From Octopus vulgaris (Eukaryota), in assembly GCA_951406725.2 (NCBI GenBank), contig OX597817.1:176669963-176733962 (forward strand): a DNA stretch of 64,000 nucleotides, in the 5' to 3' direction. The notes under the pieces are model-generated. The model saw only the letters and a list, made by a program, of their open reading frames with translations, ran no database searches and had not been told where the DNA came from. The position numbers and the translations under genes were made by a program. Shown in pieces: positions 1 to 11,910 of this stretch. Within the stretch, counting starts at the first letter, position 1, and each line of letters begins with the position of its first letter.

Positions 1-1288
1 CTTTGATGACATTTTGAGAGCTTTGGGAGAGGGCTCCAACACCGATGTCATCTACCTTGATTTCAGTAAGGCCTTCGACAGGGTTGATCACAAGATCCTA
101 TTGAAAAACCTATCCAACATTGGTGTCTCTGGAAAGTTACTGAAATGGATCAAGTGTTTCCTGACAGACAGATCTCAACATAGCGTAGTTGAAGGGGTAA
201 AATCAAGCCCAGCCAAAGTCAGTAGTGGCGTTCCGCAAGGCACTGTGCTGGGCCCACTTCTTTTCATCATCTACATTAATGACATTAATGACATCATCAA
301 GCACAGCAACATAAAAATCTTTGCAGATGATTCCAAGCTACAGAATGTCATAAATGAGGCGAGTGGCCGGACATGCCTTCAGTCAGATCTACTGGCTGTT
401 ATCCAATGGGCACAAAAAAACAATATGCTGCTGAACGAGGATAAATTTGAGTTAATCCACTTTGGAAAAGAGGATGCCCTGAAACTCCCATACTCCCTTC
501 CTTCAGGTGAAACTCTCGCGGCTTCCAACAACATCAGAGACTTGGGAGTAATTGTGGACAACAACATAAGCTGGGCCACTCATATAAACACCAAAGTTGA
601 CATGTCCCGCAGAATGTGTTCCTGGATTCTCAGAACTTTCCAGTCGAGAGATATCCACACCATTATCCTTCTCTTCTCCACTTTTGCCCGACCCCACCTT
701 GAATACTGTTGTCCACTGTGGTCTCCCCACACAATACAAAGTATCATAAAAGTTGAAGCACCTCAAAGGGCAATCACAAAAAAGATAGATGGCATGACAG
801 GCCTCGACTATTGGGGTCGACTAGAAAAGCTAAAACTTTATTCTCTCCAACGTCGTCGTGAGCGCTACATCATCTGCATGATGTGGAAAATATTCCATCA
901 GCATTGCCCAAATGATGTTGGCATCACCTTTAAGGTACATCCAAGGCTTGGGCCCCGTGCCATCCGCCCAAAACAAAAATCGCACTCTCATCTCATAACA
1001 ACAACACGGCACAATTATTTCACCTCAATTGGCCCCGCTCTCTTTAACATTACACCAAAACACATTAAAACAGAAACTGACCCTATAGGGTTCAAGAAGT
1101 CTTTGGACAGATTCCTTCAAGAAATCCCGGATAAACCCCCTACACCCGGATATGTCTCTGTAAACAATAACTCTCTACTTGAGTGGGCCATAGTGCCCAA
1201 ATTCTGACTTGAAAGACTTCACCAGGTGGTGCTATTAAGTTAGACATGGCCTGGGCCAATAATGGCCGAAACCTATTAAAGTATCAAA

Positions 1289-1290
<2 letters not shown>
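1..1290 (+). mobile_element. CR1/L2-group LINE, 3' part (RT ORF 14-1207 plus 3' UTR), cut by window start
   Basis: RT motifs YLDFSKAFD, GVPQGTVLGPLLF, FADD, RDLGV, LEYCCPLWSP, SLQRRRER; short 3' UTR ending in AAAGTATC repeats that run into (TA)n. Confidence 0.93.
14..1207 (+). CDS. LINE ORF2 reverse transcriptase, C-terminal part
   Basis: 397-aa open frame with non-LTR RT motifs; true start lies upstream of the window. Confidence 0.9.
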   Translation: MRALGEGSNTDVIYLDFSKAFDRVDHKILLKNLSNIGVSGKLLKWIKCFLTDRSQHSVVEGVKSSPAKVSSGVPQGTVLGPLLFIIYINDINDIIKHSNIKIFADDSKLQNVINEASGRTCLQSDLLAVIQWAQKNNMLLNEDKFELIHFGKEDALKLPYSLPSGETLAASNNIRDLGVIVDNNISWATHINTKVDMSRRMCSWILRTFQSRDIHTIILLFSTFARPHLEYCCPLWSPHTIQSIIKVEAPQRAITKKIDGMTGLDYWGRLEKLKLYSLQRRRERYIICMMWKIFHQHCPNDVGITFKVHPRLGPRAIRPKQKSHSHLITTTRHNYFTSIGPALFNITPKHIKTETDPIGFKKSLDRFLQEIPDKPPTPGYVSVNNNSLLEWAIVPKF

Positions 1291-1347
<57 letters not shown>

Positions 1348-1354
1348 TACATAC

Positions 1355-1394
<40 letters not shown>

Positions 1395-1515
1395 TATATA
1401 CATACATACATAGAGTCATACATATATGTTAGTTAGTTAGTTATTTAGTTAATTTGGCTCAAAAGCAAATAGCAAGGCCATGTAGGGGGACATGGAGTTA
1501 AGTACAGGGTGGTGT

Positions 1516-4404
1516 TCATGTAAAGAGTTCAGGCCACTTGAGGTCCAGGGAGGCTTTGAACAAAGCGGTCGTCGGCATCTTCACCATCTCATCTGGCAGC
1601 TTGTTCCACGGATCCGCAACCCGGACGGAGAAAGCTCCTCTCCTTCGATTGAGATGAAATCGTCGCAGGTAGAGCTTTTCGGAATGACCCCGCAGCCGAC
1701 GCTCCGGAGCAGGAGTGAAGAACAGCTCTTTCGAGAGGTTACACTTCCCGCTTATGATGTTGTGGGCGAGAATGAGATCACCACGGCGGCGGCGTTTTTC
1801 AAGAGAATAAAGGTCGAGCGTCCTCAGCCTTTCTTCGTAGGACAAATTTTTGAGACCATGAACCAGGCGGGTAGCCAGCCTCTGGACTCTTTCGAGGTGC
1901 TGTATGTCTTTGAGGAGATAAGGAGAAGAGGCTTGAATCCCATACTCCAATATGGGTCTCACCAGCGTGACATAGAGTGGCAGGAATATGGCTGCTGTGA
2001 GCACTCCGAATGGACGTCGAATCAAAAACAGAATTCCGTGCGCTTTGTTGGCAGCATGGACGCACTGGGCCGAAGGCGAAAAGGAGGAATCCACCAAGAT
2101 ACCCAGGTCTTTTACCTGATCGGTTCTCTCCAGCAGCAGACGACCCGGCTCGAAATCAAGTTGAGTTGCAGGAGTAGAGCCGACAGGCAGATGACAGCAC
2201 TTTGACACGTTCAGACACAGGTCCCAATCGTTAGACCACTTCCAAATTTGGTGGAGGCATCGACGAAGATCCTCTATACTACCGCGAGGAGCGACCAGTT
2301 TGATATCGTCGGCAAATAGAAGGGTGTGTTGCGTGAGGTCGTCGGGCAAGTCATTTATGAAGACTAAGAACAACAAGGGCCCAAGCACTGAACCTTGAGG
2401 CACGCCACTGCTCGCACTGGAGACGTCGGACCGCGAACCATTAACTTGAACTTGGAAGGAGTGATCTGAGAGGAAGGCACCAACCCATCGTACAATATCC
2501 GGATGGAAACTATATGCTTGAAGCTTGACAAGTAGTAGGCGGTGGTTTACCGAGTCAAAAGCTTTGGCAAAGTCCAATAAAACGATGTCAACAGCATCAC
2601 TATCATCGAGGATGCGCGTCACCAATTCTTCCATTACTAGTAAGTTGGTCAAGCATGATCTCTTCGGCACGAAGCCGTGTTGGGAATCAGTGATCGAGGC
2701 TGTGCTTAGGAGGTGGAGCATCATACTTTTCTTAAGGATGGTTTCGAACATCTTGCTGATTATTGATGTAAGGGAAACCGGTCGGTAGTTAAGCGGGTCT
2801 TCGCGGCTCCCTTTCTTGAAAATTGGGCAGATTATCGCTGTTCTCCAGTCTGCAGGTATAACACCCGTCGCCAATGACATATTGAATAGTCGTGTTAAGG
2901 GCTCACAGATGACCGGAGCCAACGCTTTGATAACCCGTGGGTGTATGCCGTCAGGGCCGTGACCCTTGTTGACATCGAGGCCTTGAATAACACGTTTGAC
3001 TTGGTCCCGCGTGATGATCAATCGAAGCATTGGAGGTACCGATCTATCAAATGGAGGGGGTTCACGACCATCATCTTGTTTGAAAATAGTTGAAAAAGCC
3101 TCGGCAAATAATTGACTCTGTTGATAAGGGTCCTCAATCGATACGCCTGTTGAGTCTACCAATGTTACAATCTGGTTGTTCAAGCGGGAATTCCGCTGGA
3201 CATGGGCAAAAAAGGTTTTTGGATTGCTACTGGCATTTGCCGCGATTTTGTATTCATAACTGAAGCGTTCTTTCTTTTCAATTTTCACGGCTCGGTCTCG
3301 TTGAGTTTTGTACACCTCAAAAGATGCAGTCGAATCCAGATTTTTGAATTCAGCCCAAGCAATATCTCTGAGTCGACGTTCTCGTTTAACCTTCTTCGTC
3401 ACCCAGGGCTTGTGTTTCTTCCTCTTGGGAAGTCCAACGGGAACTGCCTGGTCAGTCAAACAGATTACATATGCTTTGAGGGATGACCATAGTTCGTCAA
3501 CTGAGGACAACGTCATCAGGGAACGCCAGTCCAGAAGCGCGGAAGCCTCGGTTAGAATTTCAAGATTAATTGCCGAGAAGACTCTACGTGGCAGCGAAGT
3601 AATCGTGGGCGTGGAAAAAGTTGTGTGCATGACGAACTTCAGGACCGCATGATCACTCTTGGCAAGAGGGGCGCACACAGATACGTCTGACACTGATCTT
3701 GGATAGCGGGAGAATACCAGATCTAGCATAGATGGCTGCTGCCCAGACCGATGCCTTGTCGGATATTCAACATGTTGCGATAGAAAACAATCTTCAGCCA
3801 CGTCAAGAAGGGCCTGGCCGAACCGGGAAGATGTTGTACAAATTGATGCGGGCCAATCGATCATGGGAGCGTTGAAGTCGCCTAGTACCAAGCAGTCATG
3901 CGAAGCTGAAACGAATCTTATCGCCTCGAGTAGATGAGCATCGTCCTGGGGGTCGGCAAGAGGCGGCCTGTAGACAGCCAACACGGGCAGGCAAAACTCA
4001 GATAGGCTCAGCTTGCAATAGACGGCATCGAATTTGGTTGTAGGTTGAGCATTAGTGGGTAGAATACCGCAGGACGGTTTGTGCTCAGACTTAACATACA
4101 CAGCAACACCTCCACCTCGCCTTTTTCCTCTGTCACATCTGAAAAGGACGTAGCCCTGCAGGTGGATCTCTGAGTCCTTTACTGCTGGAGTCAGCCAAGT
4201 CTCGGTGATAGCTATCACATCAGGGGAGTCGCGTAGGGCCAGTGTAAATAGTTCACTGAACTTTGGGAATAAGGAGCACGAGTTGGTGTAGACGATGCTG
4301 AGCTGTGAAGTCTGAGGGGCGGGAGTTGGGGAACAAGCAGAATAAAGGGCATCAGAGATAGCATCGTTGACGGGGGTATCAACTTCACTTCGATTTGCCC
4401 TCAC
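1516..4404 (-). CDS. LINE ORF2: apurinic-type endonuclease + reverse transcriptase
   Basis: 962 aa uninterrupted; APE motifs YTN, IAITETWL, VYRPP, LGDFN, SDH; RT motifs NYRPVSLTS, QHGF, LDFAKAFD, GVPQGSVLGP, FADD. Confidence 0.96.
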   Translation of the reverse strand: MRANRSEVDTPVNDAISDALYSACSPTPAPQTSQLSIVYTNSCSLFPKFSELFTLALRDSPDVIAITETWLTPAVKDSEIHLQGYVLFRCDRGKRRGGGVAVYVKSEHKPSCGILPTNAQPTTKFDAVYCKLSLSEFCLPVLAVYRPPLADPQDDAHLLEAIRFVSASHDCLVLGDFNAPMIDWPASICTTSSRFGQALLDVAEDCFLSQHVEYPTRHRSGQQPSMLDLVFSRYPRSVSDVSVCAPLAKSDHAVLKFVMHTTFSTPTITSLPRRVFSAINLEILTEASALLDWRSLMTLSSVDELWSSLKAYVICLTDQAVPVGLPKRKKHKPWVTKKVKRERRLRDIAWAEFKNLDSTASFEVYKTQRDRAVKIEKKERFSYEYKIAANASSNPKTFFAHVQRNSRLNNQIVTLVDSTGVSIEDPYQQSQLFAEAFSTIFKQDDGREPPPFDRSVPPMLRLIITRDQVKRVIQGLDVNKGHGPDGIHPRVIKALAPVICEPLTRLFNMSLATGVIPADWRTAIICPIFKKGSREDPLNYRPVSLTSIISKMFETILKKSMMLHLLSTASITDSQHGFVPKRSCLTNLLVMEELVTRILDDSDAVDIVLLDFAKAFDSVNHRLLLVKLQAYSFHPDIVRWVGAFLSDHSFQVQVNGSRSDVSSASSGVPQGSVLGPLLFLVFINDLPDDLTQHTLLFADDIKLVAPRGSIEDLRRCLHQIWKWSNDWDLCLNVSKCCHLPVGSTPATQLDFEPGRLLLERTDQVKDLGILVDSSFSPSAQCVHAANKAHGILFLIRRPFGVLTAAIFLPLYVTLVRPILEYGIQASSPYLLKDIQHLERVQRLATRLVHGLKNLSYEERLRTLDLYSLEKRRRRGDLILAHNIISGKCNLSKELFFTPAPERRLRGHSEKLYLRRFHLNRRRGAFSVRVADPWNKLPDEMVKMPTTALFKASLDLKWPELFT

Positions 4405-4979
4405 ATCACTTTCCCTGTCAGCACTACAGCATGGGACCAGAGGTAGGACTTGATTATCTGTCCATCTTCGATTCGTAAACCCTTCTCTCCCATTTGTTTC
4501 CTCATCTTTAGCTCGGATATCAGGTTCCTCCGGCGAATTCTCTCTCTTAGTGAGTATTCCTCGCGAAAACCCATATTGGGGTCCTCCCAGGCATGCGTCT
4601 GAGCTCTGTTCAGAAAGACTGAAGCCTCCCGATCAGAAGAAAAGATTACCCTTATTGGGCGTGGTCTAGTATCTGCGGTTGGGTTCGCTTGGAATCTTCC
4701 TAGCCGAGCGACCTTAAGAACACTGACATTTTCGTTCACAGAGAACAATTTTCCAACCAAAATGGAAACAAAATTAATGTCATCTTTTAGGCGGTTTATG
4801 CCTGTATCACAGGTGGATTCCGCTTTGCCATATATTATTGCCGATCTTGAGTGGGCAAAAAGTTCTCTACTATGAGCTGCGGTATTCGATTCTTCGTTGG
4901 AGGATTTCGAAAGGGTGGTTTCATAGCCATCGGACTTATGTCGGCCTGTGGGGTTGATCGGAATGGATTTAGTGGTCAT
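4401..4979 (-). CDS. LINE ORF1 (RRM-like nucleic-acid-binding protein), possibly 5' truncated
   Basis: RLGRF...RPRPIRVIF and ER-RRR-L--ELK-R pattern typical of CR1/L2 ORF1; lies directly upstream of ORF2. Confidence 0.8.
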   Translation of the reverse strand: MTTKSIPINPTGRHKSDGYETTLSKSSNEESNTAAHSRELFAHSRSAIIYGKAESTCDTGINRLKDDINFVSILVGKLFSVNENVSVLKVARLGRFQANPTADTRPRPIRVIFSSDREASVFLNRAQTHAWEDPNMGFREEYSLRERIRRRNLISELKMRKQMGEKGLRIEDGQIIKSYLWSHAVVLTGKVM

Positions 4980-5708
4980 AATTTTCCCGCCTGGTTTGGA
5001 ACTGCATATACATATATAATTTGAGAGAGAGTGGGAGAGATAGATAGATACGTATATTTATGTTACCCTGGCAATATCACAAGAAGGCTGTTGTATTCGT
5101 CAATACATACTTATGCTTGCGCGCGGGCTCGCGTCTTTTTGTATGTGTGTGTGTGTGTATATGTCTATCTATCTATCTAACTGACTAGCTAAACTAACTA
5201 ACTAACTTAACTAACTAACTAACTATCTGTCTATCCCTGTCCTTTTGCTAACTTCTGTAACAATCGCTACATCCTTGTACATGGATAAGAGATCTAGTTT
5301 TGTTTTAAATCCACCTAAACGCAACCCAAATTGGTCTTTCAGTCCTTTGTGGTACTTTGTAGTCCTTTGTAGTAATTTGAGCCGATACCTGTTCTATGTC
5401 TGTCTCGTTCTTTGATATATTGTACGTAAACTTAGATCATATATATGTATGTACGTGTGTGTATTATATATGTATGTATTATATACGCATGCATGACTAA
5501 GTTTCTTAAATGTACAGTGTAGGTATTTTGTTTTTCGCTGATCTTAAGGTTTATGTTAACACCCGATGGTCATCTGATTACCACAACTGTTATCACTGGG
5601 ACATTCCACAACTAATTCTTCCTCTTATGAGTGGCGAAGTTTTCTGTCGTAACGTTGGCTCTTAGTATGTATGCATGTATTATATTCAGATACATATATG
5701 TATGTCTT

Positions 5709-5770
<62 letters not shown>

Positions 5771-5775
<5 letters not shown>

Positions 5776-5884
5776 CCTGCTCGCTTAGCCAGCGGGGTGG
5801 CGTCATTTGGAAGCTAAAACTAAGCGAAGTGAATTGTGAGCAGCGATGTGTAGCAGCATCTGGTTGCCTTGTCCGTCACGTGAT

Positions 5885-5891
<7 letters not shown>
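5771..5891 (-). mobile_element. Short CpG-rich (TA)n-embedded interspersed repeat ending in TCACGTGATCACGTGA (other copies 12301-12418 inverted, 26891-27004, 44576-44692)
   Basis: Same ~120-bp sequence flanked by (TA)n in all three units; class not determined. Confidence 0.7.
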
Positions 5892-5919
<28 letters not shown>

Positions 5920-5950
5920 CGCGAGAAAGAAGCAACAAGAATGGATAGGT

Positions 5951-6041
5951 TTTTAGTACAATCGTTTCATACAAGGACAGGCTTTATTAAAAGTTGCAAA
6001 AATTACAGCATATAAACGTGTCCTGTACTCATCAGCTAAAA
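5951..6041 (-). ncRNA. Type I hammerhead ribozyme (Naiad PLE pLTR)
   Basis: UUUUAG-CUGAUGA-GUACAGGACA...UGUCCUUGUAU-GAAAC-GAUU-GUA-CUAAAA: intact core, stems I and II, minimal stem III. Confidence 0.9.
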
Positions 6042-7500
6042 TACATGTGAGTTCTCTAGACATCCTATTGGTTGAGGCTATACTCATGAAGTAGATAATT
6101 AAGTAACATAAACAGATTTCCAAAGTTCATTAAAGTTCTTTAAAGATGATGTACAGTCTTATCACAGAATTTAAAAAAGTTTTAACAGCATCACAGAGAA
6201 GGTGACCTAATCCATAGTGCACATATGAATTTCCAGAGATATGATGAGGGATTACATACTCACAGACGACAAATTTATCCATTGTTAATCACAACGAGGT
6301 GGGTCTCAATTCCTGCTTATTAGCATTACAGAGAGGGTGAATTAATCCTTTGTATAGATGCACAATTTCCAATGGTGTAGATGTAAATTTCCAGAGAAAT
6401 GAAGAGGAATTTCATATTCACAGGCGATAAATTTATCAATGGTTGAACACAATTAGGTAGGTATCAATTCTTGTTATATGATTAGGTATTTGCCATATTA
6501 ATCACATTACTGCTATTTACAAGAGGCTGTAGCTATTTAACTTTTAAAGGCTGAAGGGCTTTCTAGAGAGGCAAAGAATAGAAAAGGGGAGGGAATAGAA
6601 GAAAAGAGAGAAGATAAAGGAGGAGGGAGCAAAAAAAGGGGGGGAGAGGGACTAAAAGAGAAGAGAAAAGGAAAAAGAGAATAGGAAGAAGAAAAAGAAA
6701 AAGAGAAAAGAGAAAGAAATAGAGAAAGAAGGGAAAAAAGAAAAAGAAAAAGAAAAAAGAGGGTTCTAGTTATACAGAAGAATTAGCAGACGGCAAGTCT
6801 GGTTTTAATTTACAGGCATCTAGGAACTAGAGGAGAATATTATTCTTTGACCAGTAAAACAGCTAATTTATTGCTGTTGAAATCAGCTGTGAATTTAAAG
6901 AGAATCTAAAGAGATAACACAGTCAGGGGTTTAGGGGTCAGATGCTAAAATCAAAAGAAAATACATTAGGAAAATCTAAGTATAATCTTATCAAAAAGTA
7001 ATTAAAGTTTATTTATTTAATTTATTCATTATATTGTCTTAAGGAGTTGCCTTTATTATTCATACATTGACGGACTACAGGTCAAATCTTAGAAGATCAT
7101 TTACAAGGTGTTAGGGGATTGTCTATCATAATGAAGATAATCATATTATCACCGAGGGAGTAGCCTTATTTATTTAATTTTGAAATAGAATTATGGGGCT
7201 ATAGTAACTCATTTTATTTTATTAGAGTTATGCTACTTAAATTAGATTAAGTTAGGAATTAAAATTAGAAATTACAATTAAGATTTAAAATTAAGACTTT
7301 AAAATTATGAGTTTGAAATTAAATAAAGCCTCAATTAAGCAGCGTATAAGTACTATTCATTTCCCTGTTCTCAAAAAAAACTGATGGAGATATAAGGAAA
7401 AAGATAACTGTAGTGTGAGAACTCTTAGTTATCTACTTAAAGCAGTGTTATACTAGTAGAAATCAAGTTATATCTATCTATCTAGTTACGAATATTCTAA

Positions 7501-10346
7501 TCATTTAAAATATTTTAAAGTCTTCAATTTAGCGTGGACACAAACTTGACCTAGTTCGATATGGTTATTCAATAAGTTTCTATGTTTTCTATGCTTTAGA
7601 ATTTCATACGTCTCCATGGAGCATAGTTGGCAACTAACCCTACTATTTTTGTACGGAATTGCTCTCCTAACTATTTCCCAATTAAGGTTATAATTATTAT
7701 TATTATTTTTGAGTTCCCAGATTTTGTTTGAAAGTGTGGTGGTACCAGCTTTATGACGTAATTTAAAAGACGAGATGTGATTTCTAACTCTAGAAAGAAA
7801 ATTAATTGTACATCCAATATAAAAATATTTGTTATTCTCCGTGGATATGGTACATTTATAGATTACATTATTTTCCCCATATAGACCAGGTGCCGGGCAT
7901 TTTGATTTTATTCTACACTTACACACAGGAGGAACAACTTCAGGCTTTGGATTATTCTTGGGTAGATGTCTTAGGTTCCTATTACTTTGATTATCATTTC
8001 TATAGTTAGTTCTGATATCTAAAGTATTGCTATTATTTATTGATCCTTCTGTTTCATCATTTAGGTCTAAAGTCCTACCATGATTTCTTATATTATTGGT
8101 AATGTTACTATTATTGTTGTTAGTCTTTTTATCCGACTGCATATTGTTGTTATAGATATCACTGATATTTTCATTCTCCTTATTTTCTCCATTAGCCTTA
8201 TTTCTATTATTTCTATTATTAACATTATTACTTCTATTAATATCGGCATTGTTATTATTACTATTAATGTTAATGTTATTAGTCATTCTGTGGTTACTTA
8301 TTTCACCTATGTTTTGATAGTTACTATTGCTGTTTTTATTGTTGGTAGTATTATTATAATTGCTATTGGTATTCATGCTGATATTATTATTTTTATTTCT
8401 ATCTTTCCTGGCTAGTTTAATGTTGTTATTATTAATCTTAGCTATTAAAGTGGACATATTTGGGAGGGTTGAATAAGAAATCCTAACTGTTTTCCTAGAA
8501 ATAATTCTATGATATCTATGAGAGATAGGGAAATTTTTTTCCAGAATTGCTTTGAATTTGTTCTGTATATCCGATTGTATCGCACAGTTGAAAGGAATAT
8601 TCAGCCATAATATATCTTTTTTATTAAATTTAGGGTTATTAGAATTACTACTATTCATCTCACCGGAGTTATTGTATTTATTACCATTATTTTTATTTTT
8701 ATTTGTGTGCATCTTAGGTTTATCTACTTCGATATTATCCGATTTACCTATTTTCTGGTCAATGCTTCTATTTGAATTGTTGGGCCTGTACGCTAGATTA
8801 GCGTTTACCGTTAATTTAATTCTACTTTTATTTCGGGCTTGGTCTGTATTGCTGCTTACGTGATTACTGATAACTTCATTATTAGGAATACATGAGTTCC
8901 CCTTATCAACGAATGTAATCTTTTGGTTGTATCCAGCCTTGGTTAACGCCGCATTATAATGCTCAGAATGGGAGTTAAATATATCCTTATTGGATGATAA
9001 TTTTGAAATTCTTAATGAAATATTTCTTACTAAAGATTCTATTATATTTGGGGGATGATTTGATAATTTATTTACGTAATTCGTGATTTCGCCTTCCTTT
9101 CTAAATGGGTAATGTAGCTTGGAGTTCAGGTCTAGCGTAATATCTAGGAAGTTAACTATTTTAGTGCCCGGTTCATACGTTATACTGAGGTTGAAATCCT
9201 TAAAGAACTTATTAATTTTCTTTCTAATCCTTTCTATAACAGATTTATTATTACTAGGGATAACAAACAGAGCATCATCCCTATATAGACCCCCCTGTAT
9301 TTCTGGGATGTCCTTGCTTATGCATTTTAATAGATATGCGCCTACTAGGTTGGTTACCTCAGCCGAATCACTGGAACCCATTGGTATATCAAAAAAATTA
9401 GGTGTATCTGCTCTAGTCCATAATTTATCTTCAAATTCTATAAATGTCTTCCTAGCTAGTAGCACAATATTGATTTCTTCTCTAGATATGAGGGAGCGAT
9501 TCATGGCAAATATTAGTGATTTGTTGAGTAAGATAGGGGAAATACTAGAGTAATAACTATTAATATCGAACTGAATAAAGGACAGACTACTAGTATTATT
9601 TAGAGAGTTAAACCATTTTAGAACTTCGTCCGTACTTAGCCATAGGTTTAAGGGGAGAAGGGGGTTATTTGGGGTAGAACAGTATCCAGGATAGATTTAC
9701 TAAGTCGGCCAATGTCCGACTTAGTTGGACAGATCAGCCTTACCGAAGGGTTTTCCAAGAAGTTCTTTTTGTGGTCTTTAAGGTTGATCCTGGGCTCACA
9801 CGGTTTAAGTGGCTCCGTTCTATCCGTTAAATTTAGGTTCTCCATGATCTCTTTCATTTCCATGTTTACTTTTTTCAGATTGTTCTTAGTCGTAATTTTA
9901 TATTTGGAGTTTAGTTCCTTCCTAATTAATTTGCTATAAATATCGTAATCAACTCTATACATATTACCCGTTTTATCTGCTGGTACTAGGATTCCATGTT
10001 TGCACCGGGTTGACTGAATAAAGTTCCTAAGGCGTCTAAGGTGAGGGTTATACCTTAACGGGTGTTCCTTGAAGCTAATATCATCTATAAGATTCAGCAA
10101 GTCTTTCTCAAAGTTCTCCAGGAATGGGTTCTGAGGTGGGCTTTTTCTGCTTTTAAAGATTCTACTAAAATTCTTTTCGGTATTATTTTCCTGTGGTTTC
10201 TTCTTCTGTTTGACATCAAAATGGTACGTTTTCCACCTGATACTCCTAATGAAATCGTTAATCCTATGAATGAGAAGCCAATTATATTCATCTATACTAT
10301 GTAAGGGGATGTCTTTAGGGGAGAACTCAATGTTTACTTTTTCCAT
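7501..10346 (-). pseudogene. PLE RT + GIY-YIG endonuclease ORF with one frameshift near 9650
   Basis: N-term FSPKDIP, VPADKT, KDHK, VRLICP; after the shift FIQFDINSYYSSI, IPMGS, LYRDD, VNFLDITLDL; CKCRIKSKCP motif; NVIYKC...FYIG...R...H; CQLC...CVH. Joins track ORFs 9648-10421 and 7501-9504. Confidence 0.92.
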
Positions 10347-10549
10347 TCTTGTTGAGAAATTAAGTACCAGAAAAACATACAGACTGTATGGGAATATATT
10401 CAAAAAGCAATAAAGATTCAAGTTAATTTAAATGAATTTACTTGAATAAGGTACCCAACTTAGATGCACCAAAACAAACTATACTGTTTTAACAATACAG
10501 TAATGTGGGGTGATTATAAGCGAGAAAGAAGCAACAAGAATGGATAGGT

Positions 10550-10640
10550 TTTTAGTACAATCGTTTCATACAAGGACAGGCTTTATTAAAAGTTGCAAAA
10601 ATTACAGCATATAAACGTGTCCTGTACTCATCAGCTAAAA
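10550..10640 (-). ncRNA. Type I hammerhead ribozyme (second pLTR copy)
   Basis: Same sequence as 5951-6041. Confidence 0.9.
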
Positions 10641-11910
10641 TACATGTGAGTTCTCTAGACATCCTATTGGTTGAGGCTATACTCATGAAGTAGATAATTA
10701 AGTAACATAAACAGATTTCCAAAGTTCATTAAAGTTCTTTAAAGATGATGTACAGTCTTATCACAGAATTTAAAAAAAGTTTTAACAGCATCACAGAGAA
10801 GGTGACCTAATCCATAGTGCACATATGAATTTCCAGAGATATGATGAGGGATTACATACTCACAGACGACAAATTTATCCATTGTTAATCACAACGAGGT
10901 GGGTCTCAATTCCTGCTTATTAGCATTACAGAGAGGGTGAATTAATCCTTTGTATAGATGCACAATTTCCAATGGTGTAGATGTAAATTTCCAGAGAAAT
11001 GAAGAGGAATTTCATATTCACAGGCGATAAATTTATCAATGGTTGAACACAATTAGGTAGGTATCAATTCTTGTTATATGATTAGGTATTTGCCATATTA
11101 ATCACATTACTGCTATTTACAAGAGGCTGTAGCTATTTAACTTTTAAAGGCTGAAGGGCTTTCTAGAGAGGCAAAGAATAGAAAAGGGGAGGGAATAGAA
11201 GAAAAGAGAGAAGATAAAGGAGGAGGGAGCAAAAAAGGGGGGGGAGAGGGACTAAAAGAGAAGAGAAAAGGAAAAAGAGAATAGGAAGAAGAAAAAGAAA
11301 AAAGAGATAAGAGAAAGAAATAGGGAAAGAAGGGAAAAAAGAAAAAAGAAAAAGAAAAAAGAGGGTTCTAGTTATACAGAAGAATTAGCAGACGGCAAGT
11401 CTGGTTTTAATTTACAGGCATCTAGGAACTAGAGGAGAATATTATTCTTTGACCAGTAAAACAGCTAATTTATTGCTGTTGAAATCAGCTGTGAATTTAA
11501 AGAGAATCTAAAGAGATAACACAGTCAGGGGTTTAGGGGTCAGATGCTAAAATCAAAAGAAAATACATTAGGAAAATCTAAGTATAATCTTATCAAAAAG
11601 TAATTAAAGTTTATTTATTTAATTTATTCATTATATTGTCTTAAGGAGTTGCCTTTATTATTCATACATTGACGGACTACAGGTCAAATCTTAGAAGATC
11701 ATTTACAAGGTGTTAGGGGAAATTCATATGTGCACTATGGATTAGGTCACCTTCTCTGTGATGCTGTTAAAACTTTTTAAAATTCTGTGATAAGACTGTA
11801 CATCATCTTTAAAGAACTTTAATGAACTTTGGAAATCTGTTTATGTTACTTAATTATCTACTTCATGAGTATAGCCTCAACCAATAGGATGTCTAGAGAA
11901 CTCACATGTA

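Larger units (their letters stand above)
1428..5004 (-). mobile_element. CR1-type LINE, near full length (ORF1 + APE-RT ORF2), (TAAC)n 3' tail
   Basis: Two open ORFs on minus strand; (GTTA)n tail at 1428-1450; the empty site is visible in copy C (~43830-43875). Confidence 0.95.

Noticed and set aside
1225-1272. Hammerhead at LINE 3' ends (hairpin followed by GAAAC)
   Set aside because: No CUGANGA core or stem I/III pairing; treated as a LINE 3' recognition motif instead
1492-2205. 237-aa plus-strand ORF (also 43274-43507)
   Set aside because: Antisense shadow of the LINE RT with no recognisable motifs
7501-10346. Selenoprotein-type Naiad (UGA recoded as Sec)
   Set aside because: No in-frame TGA in the reconstructed ORF; the break near 9650 is a frameshift, and the terminal TGA is followed by another stop four codons later
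5921-11720. LTR retrotransposon suggested by 1.2-kb direct repeats
   Set aside because: No TG...CA ends, gag, protease or integrase; the ORF is PLE RT + GIY-YIG, so these are pseudo-LTRs
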